Shown: piece by piece, positions 41,581 through 57,907 of the stretch
Numbering within the stretch: the first letter of the stretch is position 1
How the letters are laid out: each line of letters starts with the position of its first letter
Assembly: GCA_951406725.2 (NCBI GenBank)
Contig: OX597824.1
Location: 58,404,001-58,468,000, forward strand
Direction: 5' to 3'
DNA from: Octopus vulgaris
Taxonomy: Eukaryota
DNA: 64,000 nt
Program-made: the position numbers and the translations under genes
Notes under the pieces: model-generated
The model's database searches: none
Told to the model about the DNA's origin: nothing
What the model saw: the letters and a program-made list of their open reading frames with translations, nothing else

Positions 41581-42911
41581 TACATATACACACACACTCA
41601 CATATATCAACAAGAAGATTAAGTTCTTTGCTGTTAATATGTTACATATAGGATATCCTACCGTCTGTGTATTTAATGCCTTAATAGGTCTCCTAGCTAC
41701 TTCAGCCATATCGCTGCTATTCATAATCAGCGTTACTGTTTGGTTTGAAAGGAGGGACTTATGGTCCTCAAAGGACAGATTGAATTGGATTGATCAGCGT
41801 TGAACTGAGACTACATGATTATGAAGCTTAGAATCTTCGAAAGCTGACTTAATAGGCGCAAAGGTAGCTGCGCGCGCGCGCGCGCGTGTGTGTGCGTGCG
41901 TGTGTCTATCTTTGTGTCTGTGTTTGACCCCCCACCACTGCTTGACAAGCGCTTTTGATATGTTTACGTCCCCAAAAGTTAGCGGTTCGACAAAAGAAAC
42001 CGATATAAAATAAGTACCAAACTTAAAAGGAAAAGTAGTGGGGTCGACTAGTTTTACTAAAATTCCTCAAGAGGATGCCCTAGCATGGCCGTAGTCTAAT
42101 TACTGAATCAAGTAAAATGATAACCAAACAGTTCTAGCATGTAACACCAACTCACTAGTTTCGATTACGGTGAAATATCTGCATAAGGGGTGCGGGGAGA
42201 AGACCAAAATCCCTGCCTTATTGTTTGAAAGCTTTCTATTCAACCAAATTCATTAATCATTTCGCGATTGGCTTATATATGATCCGTGTGTGGCTGAAAA
42301 CACCTACGCACTCCTACAACTAAACACAATGAGCCAAGGGATTTCTTCAGTTGATTAAAATGACACATTTATTGATGACAAATTATCATTGTCTGATTGG
42401 CCAATTATAACAAAATTACTACGTAGGAGACAATGGGTTGGATTTACGATAGGGATGTTACGATATGTTCCCGTCGTACAAAGCCTCATCGAGCAAATAC
42501 TGTCTAAACGTTGCTGCTAGATATTAAACGACAGAGCTCTTTAAGAAAGCTATAGGTGATACAGGAATTTAGTGAAAGAAGCATGAATGGTGTTATAGCT
42601 TAAAAGAAGAGTTGGGGAAAGACACGGTGACATTATGTATTGAATGTAAACAGTAAAATAGATGCTAGCATTGTAATTTTCGCTGACTACATACAAACTG
42701 TGTATTAGCGTCTTGTTTACTGTTTTGATATATCTAAATGTAACTGAGACAGTTGGCAAAGTTCTAATTGTACTGGGGCAAAACTCTCACCTTCCACCGT
42801 TAGATCATATTTTCAGTAGGAGTTGTAAAACATAGCAATCTAGAAACGCTACTTTATGCAGCATATACATACATAGATACATATATAAATACACACACAG
42901 ATACACACACA

Positions 42912-42960
<49 letters not shown>

Positions 42961-43403
42961 ACTCACACACACACATTTATATATGATATAGATGAGGTTT
43001 TTTTGAAGTCGTTTACAGAATTTGCACTTCGGTTATTAAATTTTGGTCCTTTGAGGATATAAAAGATATTGTAAATGAAAGAAAACTAAACCGAATTAAT
43101 CATTTTCTAATACAAACTAACTTCGTCTGAAGTAACATCGAATGAAAGTGGCAACAAAATATTTCAGAAAGTAAGGTAGGAGAAAGAAAGAGGGATAGAG
43201 AGATAGATAGACAGAGAGAGACAGAGGGACAGAGAGAAATATATATATACAGAGAGAGAAAGGGAGAGAGAGAAAACAGAGAAATTGAGATTTTAAAAGA
43301 CATTGATACCTACGCGGGGTAGCAAGCAGTAAGAAATAGAAATTAAAGACTATTTGAGTAAATAATTGATATATACTACACACACACACACACACACACA
43401 CAT

Positions 43404-43458
<55 letters not shown>

Positions 43459-43604
43459 CATATATACATTTATATATATACATATACACACATATACACA
43501 CATATATACATATATACACACATATATATACATATATATATATACACATACACACACACATATATATATACATACATATATACATATGTATATACACATA
43601 TGTA

Positions 43605-45786
<2,182 letters not shown>

Positions 45787-45949
45787 TGTATGTATGTATG
45801 TATGTATGTATGTATGTATGCATGTATGTATGTAACATAACATCAATTTTTACATTCTAATGATTTTTTCCTTTCTTTGCAGTTTACTTTATGCCATAAT
45901 GGTTAAAATCATATCGATTTTCTCCTTTCAAAATGAATTCAGATCAAAT

Positions 45950-46660
45950 CTAGATCAGACACTGCATGCTGCATGAATTCAAAGGAAAAATCCCAGAGGA
46001 TAGTAACATTTTCACTTTCAACGAGTGACTCTGATGTTCGTACCAGTGAGCAGGACTGTTGACTTTGTAGTGTTTATATATTTTCCAATGTAAATACTGT
46101 CCTATTCTATTGTGGTGATCTTTATATTCGTCTAGTATCAATACAGGACATCCCGAGACAAGATGGTCTACTGTTTTGTCAAATGTATCGCAGAATCTGC
46201 ATTTAGGGTCAGAACCATTTTGAAGAACGTTAGCCTGATAGTTTTGGTAAGCAAGCTTTGGTCTTATGCCGCCAATATGAAACCTTCAATCTCTGCTTTC
46301 AGTCCTGAGCTTCTCAGCCACTGATGGATTGTTGCTTGGTCCACATCAGCATTTCGGCTTCGAAGTAGATATTGTCCATGTAGAGGCTTCCGACTCCACT
46401 GCTCCTCAATATGTTTCTGCCCGTTCAGTTTGCATTCTGCTGGATCCGTTTTGCTTGTTTGGTGGCAGTGGTTTCAGGTTCTTCATCTAATTCAGAGTTA
46501 ATGCCAAGTTTCTTTGCGAATTTGCTAGCTTCCTTGACAATAGAATGTGAATTTTGGCTGCTTTCGTGTTTGCACTCATTCCTGTGCGACAAGGAGTCAA
46601 AAGAGGCCTCATATCCTTTGGGTCAGCAGAGGTCAAATGTGTTTACTACTACTAACGATC
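45950..46660 (-). mobile_element. R4/Dong-like LINE fragment
   Basis: PLHGQY, QWLRSSGLKAEIEGFILAA, CRFC...VDHLVSGCP, IGQYLHW. Confidence 0.8.
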
Positions 46661-46724
46661 AATGAGAGCGCTGACCTTGGCCTTGAAAAGGAGCAATTCA
46701 CCTTGTTCTATTTTCAATTTTTAT

Positions 46725-46980
46725 TTATTTATGCACCCTTTTCAAGCCTAACCAGGCTCATGGGCCCGGTTTCCCGGTTTCTGTGGCGTATGTGTTCCCC
46801 CAGCTGGACGGGACGCCAGTCCATCGCAGCGTTACTCAAGAAACAGGAAGAGAGAGTGAGAGAAAGTTGGGGCGAAAGAGTACAACAGGGTTCACCACCA
46901 CCCCCTGCCGGTGTCTCGTGGAGCTTTAAGTGTTTTCGCTCAATAAACACACACAACGCCCGGTCTGGGAATCGAAACGG
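46725..46980 (-). mobile_element. tRNA-derived SINE, fourth family (V-domain-like)
   Basis: Minus strand: B box GTTTCGATTCCC, then CTGCGATGGACTGGCGTCCCGTCCAG, ending in (TAAA)n. Confidence 0.7.
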
Positions 46981-47877
46981 CTCAATTGCTACTTATTGTA
47001 TCGACTGCGAAAGGATAAAAGGCAAAGGCGACCACAGCTGCATTTGAATTCAGAATGCAAAGATGGACGAAATTTTGCCCGGCGTGCTAACGATTCTGCC
47101 AGTTAACAACAATAATAATATCGACAGCAACAACAAACCGACATGAATTACCGATTACGTTTGTCTATTATTTCTTTGAACTTGTCACAGACAGTCACAA
47201 TTATTGAACAGTAGAAAAGGATTTAATGTTGACATAAAAATACTCTGAGTAATTGCACTAGAATGACTGTCTTTAATAGTTGCATGTCTCTTCATCTGTT
47301 AACTGCAATAGGGGACATTTCTATTCAGAGGCCTGATCCTAACACTCTGGCACACAACAATTTATGACCCATGCAAAGTATCGACACATTTCCCTTCCAC
47401 CGAATTAGCTTTTTATACGAGTTTACTGATTTGACTGTACGATATCGATTTCTGGTAATGACGGAAGGTCAAACGTGGTTTTTATTGTAGTAGTTGTTAT
47501 TTAAGCCACTTATCAACCTTGTTATCATAAAAAATATTACAGCTATCAGCAACATATATTTTTGGGATGGAAGGTGTTTTCCCTAGAACAAATTATCTAA
47601 TCTATCCTTCCGTTCACAAGGCAACGATGAAGTGACCCGAGGGAGATTTTGCAGTCATATCTAGCTTGAAGACTGCATATATTCAAGTAAGTATTATAGT
47701 TGATTAATCTTCTTCTACATTAGTATGTAACTGGGACTTAATCTATAACTCTAGAAAAGAAAAAAATGCAGAATGGACCTAGTTGGATTTGAAATCAGAA
47801 TAGGAAAGTATATAGCTATTCTCTCTTATTTAAGGCACTCACCCATTTAAGGCTCCTTGAATTGGTTTTAAATCATA

Positions 47878-48085
47878 CTGGTTTTAAGTTTGACATAAGG
47901 CCAGCAATTTCGGGGTAGGGGATAAGTCGATTACATCGACCCCAATACTCAACTGGAGCTTATTTCACCGACAGCGAAAGGATGAAAGACAAAGTCGACC
48001 TCAGCGGAATTTGGATGTAAAGATGGACAAAATACTGCTAAGCATTTTGCCTGGCGTGCTAACGATTCTACCAGCTCACTGCTCT
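47878..48085 (-). mobile_element. tRNA SINE (4433 family)
   Basis: Family sequence. Confidence 0.8.
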
Positions 48086-48867
48086 ATTTAGTTCTATCAT
48101 ATTGACTGATCCTATTGAAAAAATTCCAAAACATGTCGACGTAAATTTCTCTCCAGAACAAATTTACGTCACAACTAGTGGAATAAAAAGATTTCATATG
48201 ACCACTCGACTTGCAACAATCTTGTAAAAATCGAAGGATATATCAGATAATGTTGTCCTAGATATACTGTGAATTGGTCATGTCTGGAACATATTGGTGA
48301 TGAGCCTTCTCAATTAGATCTAGCCTGAGTTTAATACAAACCGCCATCGACATAAACTTCAGTTTAATCATTATGAACTTATTTGCTGCTTCATCATGTG
48401 TCTTATTTTGACTCCTGTGACTGGTCTTTCATTATTCACTAACTGGTTTCACTAATCAATATGTGACCAAGATGGGGCGATATTTACTAATTCATCATTC
48501 AAATTACCCGCATTGAGTTAATGAAGGAAATGTTATGCGAGGGAAATATTATCCTTTATCTAAATCATTACATACGCTTTTAAAATTGATCTTATATTTA
48601 GGGAAAAGTCGTTGACTATTATCCCTTACTTACATGTTGGCTTTCTCATTGGTAATGCTTTTTTCTGTATATATACATATATACATAAATGTTATTCTAT
48701 TCCCAAGTAAAATGCACCTCATATTCGTGGATCTGATGAAGCTATGTGTCACGTCACTCAAGCACTCATCTACAAGTTCATTGCATCTTACAGCAGAAAC
48801 TAATAAATTTGTAAGCTAATAAATTTCAAACGGTAATCGTTTATTCCTTTGTCATATTATATATGTA

Positions 48868-48899
<32 letters not shown>

Positions 48900-48915
48900 A
48901 CATATATGTATATTA

Positions 48916-48956
<41 letters not shown>

Positions 48957-48959
48957 TAT

Positions 48960-48997
<38 letters not shown>

Positions 48998-48998
<1 letters not shown>

Positions 48999-49220
48999 GC
49001 TCCCGCATTGCCGTATTAGATATTTTTTACAACTGATCTTACCAATCAGTTTTGCACTAAGGGTTTAAATGATTGTTAGATAGCAGTCCGATTATGTAAC
49101 ACTGCGAGCTTCAGAGATGGCAGTTATGAAAGCGTGCAAGGTTATATAATCGGACTGTTACCTAACACTCCGTTGAACCCAAAGAACGAAACCGATTGTC
49201 TGAATCGGCCGCAATGGATA
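48998..49220. repeat. Imperfect fold-back element next to (TA)n
   Basis: GTTAGATAGCAGTCCGATTATGTAAC (49075-49100) pairs with GTTATATAATCGGACTGTTACCTAAC-like sequence (49141-49166); outer pairings gggtttaa/ttgaaccc and caatcagtttt/gaaaccgattg. Confidence 0.65.
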
Positions 49221-49882
49221 TATAATACTGTACACGCTGATTAAAATCCCCATTCTTTTGACAAATACGCGAGTGCATATATTTTTCTGATTTATGGATT
49301 CTTAGACAGGTGTATATATATATACAAATCCAAACACATATACACACATATTTACATATAAACACATCACACCCAGACAGTCATAACTTCGTATAAACTG
49401 ATTTTATAATTCTGCTTCTCACTGTGCAATATATAATTTAAATACCTTATTTTTGATTTAGCTTTAGTATTGTATATTTATTTAACAAAATATATATATA
49501 AATAAATTATATCGCCAAACATAAAGTTACGTATTTATGTGAGTTCAGAACCTCTCAAGGCAAACATGTAACAAAACACTAAATGTCAACGAATAAAATA
49601 GTTTCTCAAAAATAATTGTAAGAAACACTTTTCTAAAAATAAAGTCAATAAAAAAAGAATTTAAATGAATCTCTGCCATAAACTTTTAGTTTATTGTCGC
49701 CCCGAAAACCCTATGCTACCCAATCACTACAAAGGACCAAGGATTTCACTACTCAGCGAAAATCATTTACACATAGTAAAACTGTGGCTTAACTAATTCT
49801 AGCGAGGTGAAAGGAGGCAACATCCGAAATATTTTATAGGTTGCTATGGGACATGTACGTATACGAATGTGTTAATATATTA

Positions 49883-49937
<55 letters not shown>

Positions 49938-50135
49938 TTTCCATTTTACCTATATATATATATAGGTAAAATGGGAATAAGAGAGAGTGAGAGACTAGTA
50001 TGATAGGTGCAGCAAAGTGTTAAGGATCAGAGAGAGGGGGCTGACGGAGTGATAGCATGGAAGGGTAAGAAGGTGGTGGTGTTTGTACTGCTGTTGCTGT
50101 TGAGTGGAGGTGATGGTGGCGCCGGAGGTGGTGCT

Positions 50136-50137
50136 GC

Positions 50138-50211
<74 letters not shown>

Positions 50212-50344
50212 AATAGAAAGAAGAAGAAGAAGAAGAAGAAGAAGAAGAAAAAGAAAAAGAAGAAGAAGAAGAAGAAGAAGAAGAAGAAGAAGAAGAAGAA
50301 GAAGAAGAAGAAGAAGAAGAAGAAGAAGAAGAAGAAGAAGAAGA
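50136..50344. repeat. Compound (GTA)n(GAA)n microsatellite
   Basis: Direct inspection. Confidence 0.95.
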
Positions 50345-50530
50345 GCGAGAGTAGAGCTTCTATTTTATTTAACATTTTAAAAGAGCCGCTGACAACACTT
50401 CACGATTTATGTATGCGAGTGTTTGTATGAATTTGTGTGTATGTGCATGCATGCATCTGAGTATGTGGGGACGAATATATGTAAGCATGTATGTACGCGT
50501 ACACATGTTGATATATACACGCATACATGC

Positions 50531-50597
<67 letters not shown>

Positions 50598-50774
50598 CAT
50601 ACATACATACATAAGAACATGCACGCACACAGGCGCACACAAGCACACACACATTACATGTATAAGTATATACACACTTATACATGTGTGTGTGCGCGCG
50701 CGCATTTCCTATGATTGTATGCATGTGCGTATGTAAGTATGTATGTATATATGTATCTATATATCTGTCTATCT

Positions 50775-50838
<64 letters not shown>

Positions 50839-51411
50839 GGCTAGTATATTTTGCATACGTCAGAAATTGTTGAGTAGGTGTGTCAGTGTAGTAGGGTAGA
50901 CAAGAAATGGTGTGACTGTTCGAACAAAAGGCCCTTATATTAGATTAAGAGAATCATTGAGTAGCAACAACAGAAGTTGATTGAAGGCAGATGTGTGCGA
51001 GAAGCAAATTGCTTCTGGTTTAGTGGAGAAGTCACAGGACCATATGTTGAAGTCTACAACATTTTTGCATGTTTCAGTCCCTATGAAATACTTGTGAAAG
51101 ATGGCTTGGAAGAGAATAAGAACTTGCATATAAAGCAAATACACACACACACACACACACGCACACAGAAACTGACACATACACACATGTGTGTGTGTGT
51201 ATGTATATATATATATATATATATATACATATATACACACACATATATATGTGTCTGAGTATACGTATGCAAACATATATATATGTATTTGTGTATGTGT
51301 GTGTGTGCACATATATGCAAATTTATATTTGCACACATATACATATATATTCACAGACACACACATATGTGTATATATATATGCATGTGTGTGTGTATAT
51401 ATATGTATATA

Positions 51412-51478
<67 letters not shown>

Positions 51479-53182
51479 GTAAATATATACATATATATAA
51501 AATATATATTTGTATCTATCTATCTATCTATCTATCTATGCATATATAGAATTGTACATACCTCACACAAGTTGAGGCATATACAATTTCCAGGGATTTT
51601 CTTTGGAGCCCCTGCGTTGCATCTCATTTTATTATTACAGACCTCACAACTAGCCACATGCCTACATTCACTTAGTCATATGCCTACAGTGTTGATAGCT
51701 GACATTCTGTAAGGGATTGTCCGCCCTGGACAAAAGTTGACAAATATATTTGCCTATATATGCATGGATAAATGATGTAAATTTCGCTTGTTATCAGAAC
51801 AGAGTTGTTTATCGGAATAATGGGTTGTTGGAATGAAAGTGCGTTTCAAAATTCTTCGTAAGTTTTGCTTACATATACATACACACATACATACATGCGC
51901 ACATACATACATGCATAGATACATACATATGTGTGTATGTATGTATGTACGTATGTATGTATGTATGTATGTATGTATGAAAATAAAACGATTAATCGCG
52001 AATGTAACACCAAAAAAAGTAGTCCTCAATATCATTGTAGTCCTCAATATCATTGAAACTGAAATAGAGATAATATCTAATACAGACAAGGAATCCTCAT
52101 GCGCACTAATTGGACTATTCCGGCAAGCCACAGGTATTAATTGTCTTATATCCAATCGGTAACCAATGTGCGTGCCACTGTTCATCAGCCGGTGTGTGAA
52201 CCTGTTGCTGGGTGGTGGACCGGTGGCTTGTGCCTCGATTACCGTTCGGAAAGCAAATAACATAACACACGTAGCTTGCCGGGTTACTCCGATTAATGTA
52301 TGTCAATGTTACATGTTGTATAACATATATGTTTATGAGCTCTTTATGTGTGTATGTGTGTGTTTTCTCTCCATCTTTCCCTCCCTCTTATTCCTTAGTC
52401 CCTCTGATTTCTTTCCCCCTCTCTCCTATTCCTTAAGTCTCCCTGCCTTCTTCAACTCTTTCCCTCTCCCACCACGTGATCACTGTCCGGCTAAGGCATT
52501 GTCGTCCTTTTCCGACCAGCCATCTTTCAGGCTGATCACGTTTGTCTGTCCTGCCACCCGGTCTGTTAAGAGTTTTCATTTTTCCTTTGCGCCAGCTTAC
52601 TACTTTTTGTTATTTATTCGTTGTAATTGTACAATTATTTACCTTTGCTGTGTAGCCGAAAGGCGCTTGTCCATTATATATGTATAATTCTTTTTCTGTT
52701 GCATTTGCATTATTATTTCATAACGTTACGTTCGTCCGATATTCGAAAGACCCTTTCTGTTGTTTATTTATTTGAATTCGTATATGTACAATTGTTTTCC
52801 CTCTCTTGTATAGCCGAAAGGCGTTGTTGTACGTGTTTAATTCTAGCTTCCCCGTTTTTGTATCCGTTTTTGCTTTCGTTCTTGTAAACATTCGTTTTCC
52901 TCTCCCAGAGGCTTAAGTCCCTGGCACTCGCCGGATTCGAGTAGTCTAAGAGATAAATGAGTGCGAAACTACAAGAACTTTCCGGAGACCGACTGAGAAG
53001 GAAATCGGCTGCGAATGATTCCTGTATCTTATTTTTGTTCTGCTTGCCGTTTGTTATGTTACCGCCTGCTTTTTCGCATGTTGTGTTTTGTTGATTTCCG
53101 CTTCTTTGATTTATTCATGCAGTGCTCCGTACAACCTGTTGTTTGCTTTGTTAGCATATAAAATCACACACATACACATACA

Positions 53183-53249
<67 letters not shown>

Positions 53250-53285
53250 GCACACACACACACACACGCACAAACACACACACAC

Positions 53286-54060
53286 AGAGTGCGTCTAGTG
53301 AAGCATGAGAAGTGCTTGAGACTGTCTCCAAAATAGACCAAACAGAGAAATCCAACGGCTTGAGATCGGGGCTTCTTGAGGGCTATACATTCTTGCCTAT
53401 GAACGACAGAATGTTTTTCTGAATCCAGAGATGTGTCAGTGTGGAGCTGTGAGATGGTGCCGACACTTGCGCCTTGAAAGTGCTCATTTGGTCATGAAAG
53501 CAGTTCAGCTTCCAGAATGTCGCTAATTCATTGCTGGGTGTTAATTTTAACAGCCGAGAGCGCAAAAATGTGGGGAGACCTTCCATTGGATTTTGACGTC
53601 GATTTACGAGTCTACACTCGACGGAGCCAGATATACTCCAAAGTCGGTCATTCTGATAGTTTACTGTCCGTTGTTCGTTCTTTTCATCAGTGGACAACGG
53701 GTCGGGCAACGTGTCTTTAGCAATCTGACGCAGGTTAAGACGACTTTTTTCCTGTCTCATGGCCTTATAAACTTGCAATAGTTCATGATTGTGGATTATC
53801 TTGCTGGGTTGACTCCCGAGACGCTCCTGCAGCACTCGACACATTGATCCTCGGTTTATTTTTGCTGTCACGGCCAGTTTTCTGACAGAACAATGAGGAT
53901 TCCGCTGTATCTTTTCTCTGGTAGTTTTGATAAGCTGAGGGGGTCGGCACACTTTTTTTCCAACCACGTCCAGGTCGACCAGCATTGGAGCTAGTCTTTT
54001 AAAATTTCTTGACAATTTTCCAGACTGGCATTCGATTAATTCTAAGCATTTTTCCTATAG
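53286..54060 (-). mobile_element. Decayed DD37D/maT-like transposase
   Basis: REKIQRNP..SVRKLA HTH; STDEK; NYQNDRLWS; APSHSS; PSRSPDLKPLDFSVWSILE. Confidence 0.75.
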
Positions 54061-55730
54061 CTGTGTTACTTTCGCCTCCTCTGTGGAGGGTTATGATTGT
54101 ATTTTGGTCTATAACCATTATCTAATATATAAATCTGAATGGAATTTATATCAGAGAATAATGTGAGAGTACTAAACTCATTGATATTTTTAATGTAGAT
54201 AACTGAGGTAAACGGAATTTGAATTGTGCGAAAAGGAAGGAGAGTATTCGTCATAGTTAAATCGTGGTGAAAAAAAGGAATGGATTTATAATTAAATACT
54301 GTGGATGTGTATGTGTGTGTGTGTGTAGATGTGAAATAGTGAAGATACTTGGGAGTATTTGAATACTCCCTGATATCTTAATCTGTATAATTTCATTTCG
54401 GCTTTTGTTCCATTCAGAGTGTCATAAATTATGTGCCATACAACATTTTTTTATTTGATATAAACGGTTAAAGCCCTTCAGGATGGTTTTGTAGCATGGC
54501 CACAGTATCATGAGTGAAGCGCCAGAGCAAAACATGGCTTCTAATTCAGCCGGATGATCAGCAATTTTGAGTGGGAGGAGTGCTTGACCAGTACTTTGTT
54601 TTATCAAAGCCAGAATGATGAAGGATGAAGTTGACCTCAATGTGATTTGAACTCAGTTCGTAAGGAACCGAAACAAATGCCCCCAAATATTTTCTTCCGA
54701 TGCTCTAACAACTCTACTAACTCGTCCCTCCCATTGGACTTAAACATAATAATATAATATAATATAATATAAGCGGGTTTGCATTTTTGAAATTATAAAG
54801 TGATTCTCGAAAACTTAAAAAGACACAGAAGAGAGGTAAAATTTAAAGCAAAAGTTCCCTGCCTCACACACACACACACGCACCGCGCGCGCACGTGCAC
54901 ACATACACACACTAACAAAAAAGAAAAAAAAACACTAGCTTCGTCGTCAACAAGTAACCAATATCTGTAATCCTCTTTCCTTTCACTGGATTCGCTAATG
55001 TGAACCGCCCGTTTTAGCAACTGGTAATTCATTGCAAATTCTTTTAATGTCTACTCAAATAAAAATTTTAAAATGTCTGCGTGTGGTTTTATTTATTTTT
55101 TATTTATAATTTATTTCACTTCTTCTTTTTAGTTCTTCTCGTAGATAATCATAGAAATATTATTTAGAAACGTTTTACTTTTTGCTTTATCTTATATCCA
55201 AGTTCTACGACAAAATATATTGGAATTAATTTCTGCTTATTTAGCGTATGTCCTTCAACGCCATATTGAACAAAAAGTTATAAAGAAAACTCAGAAAAAC
55301 TATGACAACTTTTTGAGAGCTGATTTCAACATAGAATAGGTGTGTCCATTTTATTAAATTATATATTTGTTTGTTTATGTAACAGCTAGGTTTATTGAAA
55401 CAACGTGTAAGTATTAGAAACAAGGGACTAGACGTAGCAGAGTTATCTGAAATAAGTTATGAGATTTAAAAATAAATAAAGGAATTTCACCCCATTATTA
55501 TATACTCGTATATTGTTCACCATATTTTTTCTTAACGCATATACAAATAAATAAACACCCACGCACACGTGTATATGTATATACGAATATGCGTGAGTGT
55601 GTGATTATATGGGTATGTGTACATGTATATATGTGTATGTATGTTTGTGTGTCTCTGTGCGTGTATATGTGTATGCACATACATACATGCATATACTGCA
55701 TATATACACATATATATAGCCTCATACATA

Positions 55731-55786
<56 letters not shown>

Positions 55787-56241
55787 TGTATGTATGCATG
55801 TAGTTTCTGCTAAGATTGCAGGTAGAAATGTGGACAATGGAGGGGAAAGAAAAGAAGATTGCTTTGAGTATGATAGAGTGGAAAATTGCTTTGAGTAACA
55901 ATGATGTGGTTTTTGCTATGTGATGTGGTTTGGTCATGCGACAAAACTCTTGGACAACCTGTTTGTAGTGAATATAGTTATTATTCATAGACAAGGCTCC
56001 CCAGTAAAAGCGGAATAAGGTAGTTGTGTAACATCAAAAATGGAAAAGCAATCGATGGTGGAAAAGATAGGTTTAGCTGGTGACCTTTGAGCATGAAGGG
56101 CAGAGAGACCATGTTGTGTTCCTTGTATGGTAGACACAACATGTATTGGTTATCAATTAAGATTGACTGAATTTGCTGCATATTTATGAAGCATCATGTC
56201 GTTACTATTGTTTTTACTTTTGCTGCTATGCTCACTGTTGC

Positions 56242-56281
<40 letters not shown>

Positions 56282-56493
56282 GCTGCTGCTGTTGTTGTTG
56301 TTACTGCTGCAGCTGGTGCTGATAGTGTCAGATGTTATAGGGCGTGAAAAGTTTTCATCGTACATAAATATTAACGCACACATTTGCACTTTTGACCATG
56401 CTAACTCCAAAGGAGTTACATCATCAAAAAATTAGAGCTCATTAGAAATGCAGAGTAATACTCACGCACACACAGATGCATATGCATATGTAG

Positions 56494-56529
<36 letters not shown>

Positions 56530-57667
56530 ATACACACACACACACACAATACAAATGAACGCATCATTTAATATCTCAGCATTAACTGAGACAAATTTTC
56601 AGATAATTAGATTAGCGCCTTATGTGAAACGAAGTATATGTATTATATAGAATTGCCTTTCAGGCACAATGCTTCTGCCATGATGTAAAGAGAATAACAC
56701 TTCCAAAATCCTTTCGACAGTATGGATTACTTTGCTCCAGTTATCATTGGTTTAACAGTTCAAGCACAAAAGAAAATCCTAAAAGAGAAAAAGGATGTAG
56801 ATATAGGCAGAATGATTTAAATGATTAAATGTGTTTAGAAAGATATGAAGTGCTGTAAGTAGTGAAAATGTTAGAAGAAATAATAGTTATGGGTTAGCAT
56901 AAAAATATCATGTATTATAACCAAATATAAAGTAAACTGAAAAACAAATTATTTAATGATATTAATATCAGGTGCAGGCGTGGCTCTATGGTGAGATACT
57001 TGCTACCCAACTACAAGGTTCCGGGTTCAGTCACACTGCGTGGCACCTTCACCAAATATCTTCAACTAAAGCCTCGAGCCGACCAAAGCTTTGTGAGTGG
57101 ATTTGGTAGACAGAAACTGAAAGAAACCAGTCTCTCTTTCTCTCTCTCTCTCTTACACACACACACGCACACACACACGTACGTACACACCTGTGTGTGT
57201 ATGTGTATTTGCCTCCATTACCACTTGACAGCTGGTGTTGGTGTGTTTATGTCCCTTAACTGCCTTTAGCAAGGTTCACTCTATGGAAAGCATTGAGAAT
57301 ACGTCCCAGATATCAAGATAACTCAATAGCTTGATGTGCACCGTCCTATTGCAGTCAACCAAAACTTTTAGACCCTCCCACCACCACTCAGAACTCATCT
57401 AGTATAATAAAGGCTAACTCTCAACTTATTACTAAGGCATCGTAAGTCATACTGTTGACTAAGTAAGTAAATACGCCAATATAATGTATTTGTTTATTTA
57501 GTATAGGCACAGTTGTGGGCGTGTGGTAAGAAGCTTGCTTGCCAACCACATAGTTCGGGGTTCAGTCACGCTGTGTGATACCTTGGGCTAGTGTTTTCTA
57601 TTGTAGCCTAAGACCGGCCAAAACTTTGTAAGTAGATTTTGTAGACTGAAACTGAAAAAAGCCCGTC

Positions 57668-57702
<35 letters not shown>

Positions 57703-57706
<4 letters not shown>

Positions 57707-57907
57707 TAATCCAAACAAGAAAGCACAAAAAAACACAACAACGCGAGGACGTGCAACAAATATAGTATTATTGGACGCTCAAAAAAGAAGGAAAGAAGGA
57801 GGGTTTAACGTTTCGAGCGGAGCTCTTCGTCGGAAACATAGGAGAAAGAAAGATCCAGAGAAGGGAAGACAAAGGAAAAAAATCGCCAACGGTACACACG
57901 AGGTCAC
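57703..57907 (-). mobile_element. ~205 bp (TA)n-embedded element carrying a minimal hammerhead-like motif
   Basis: Sharp (TA)n boundaries; pyrimidine-rich minus strand; motif at 57803-57837. Confidence 0.7.
57803..57837 (-). ncRNA. Minimal type-I hammerhead-like motif, U4C variant
   Basis: GTTT-CCGACGA-A-GAGC tcc GCTC-GAAA-CG-TT-AAAC; stems I and II pair perfectly; stem III is the palindrome ACGT. Confidence 0.65.

Noticed and set aside
50880-51140. ORF-like unique stretch (CFWFSGEVTGPY...)
   Set aside because: No recognisable domain; it may be decayed transposase, but the evidence is too weak.
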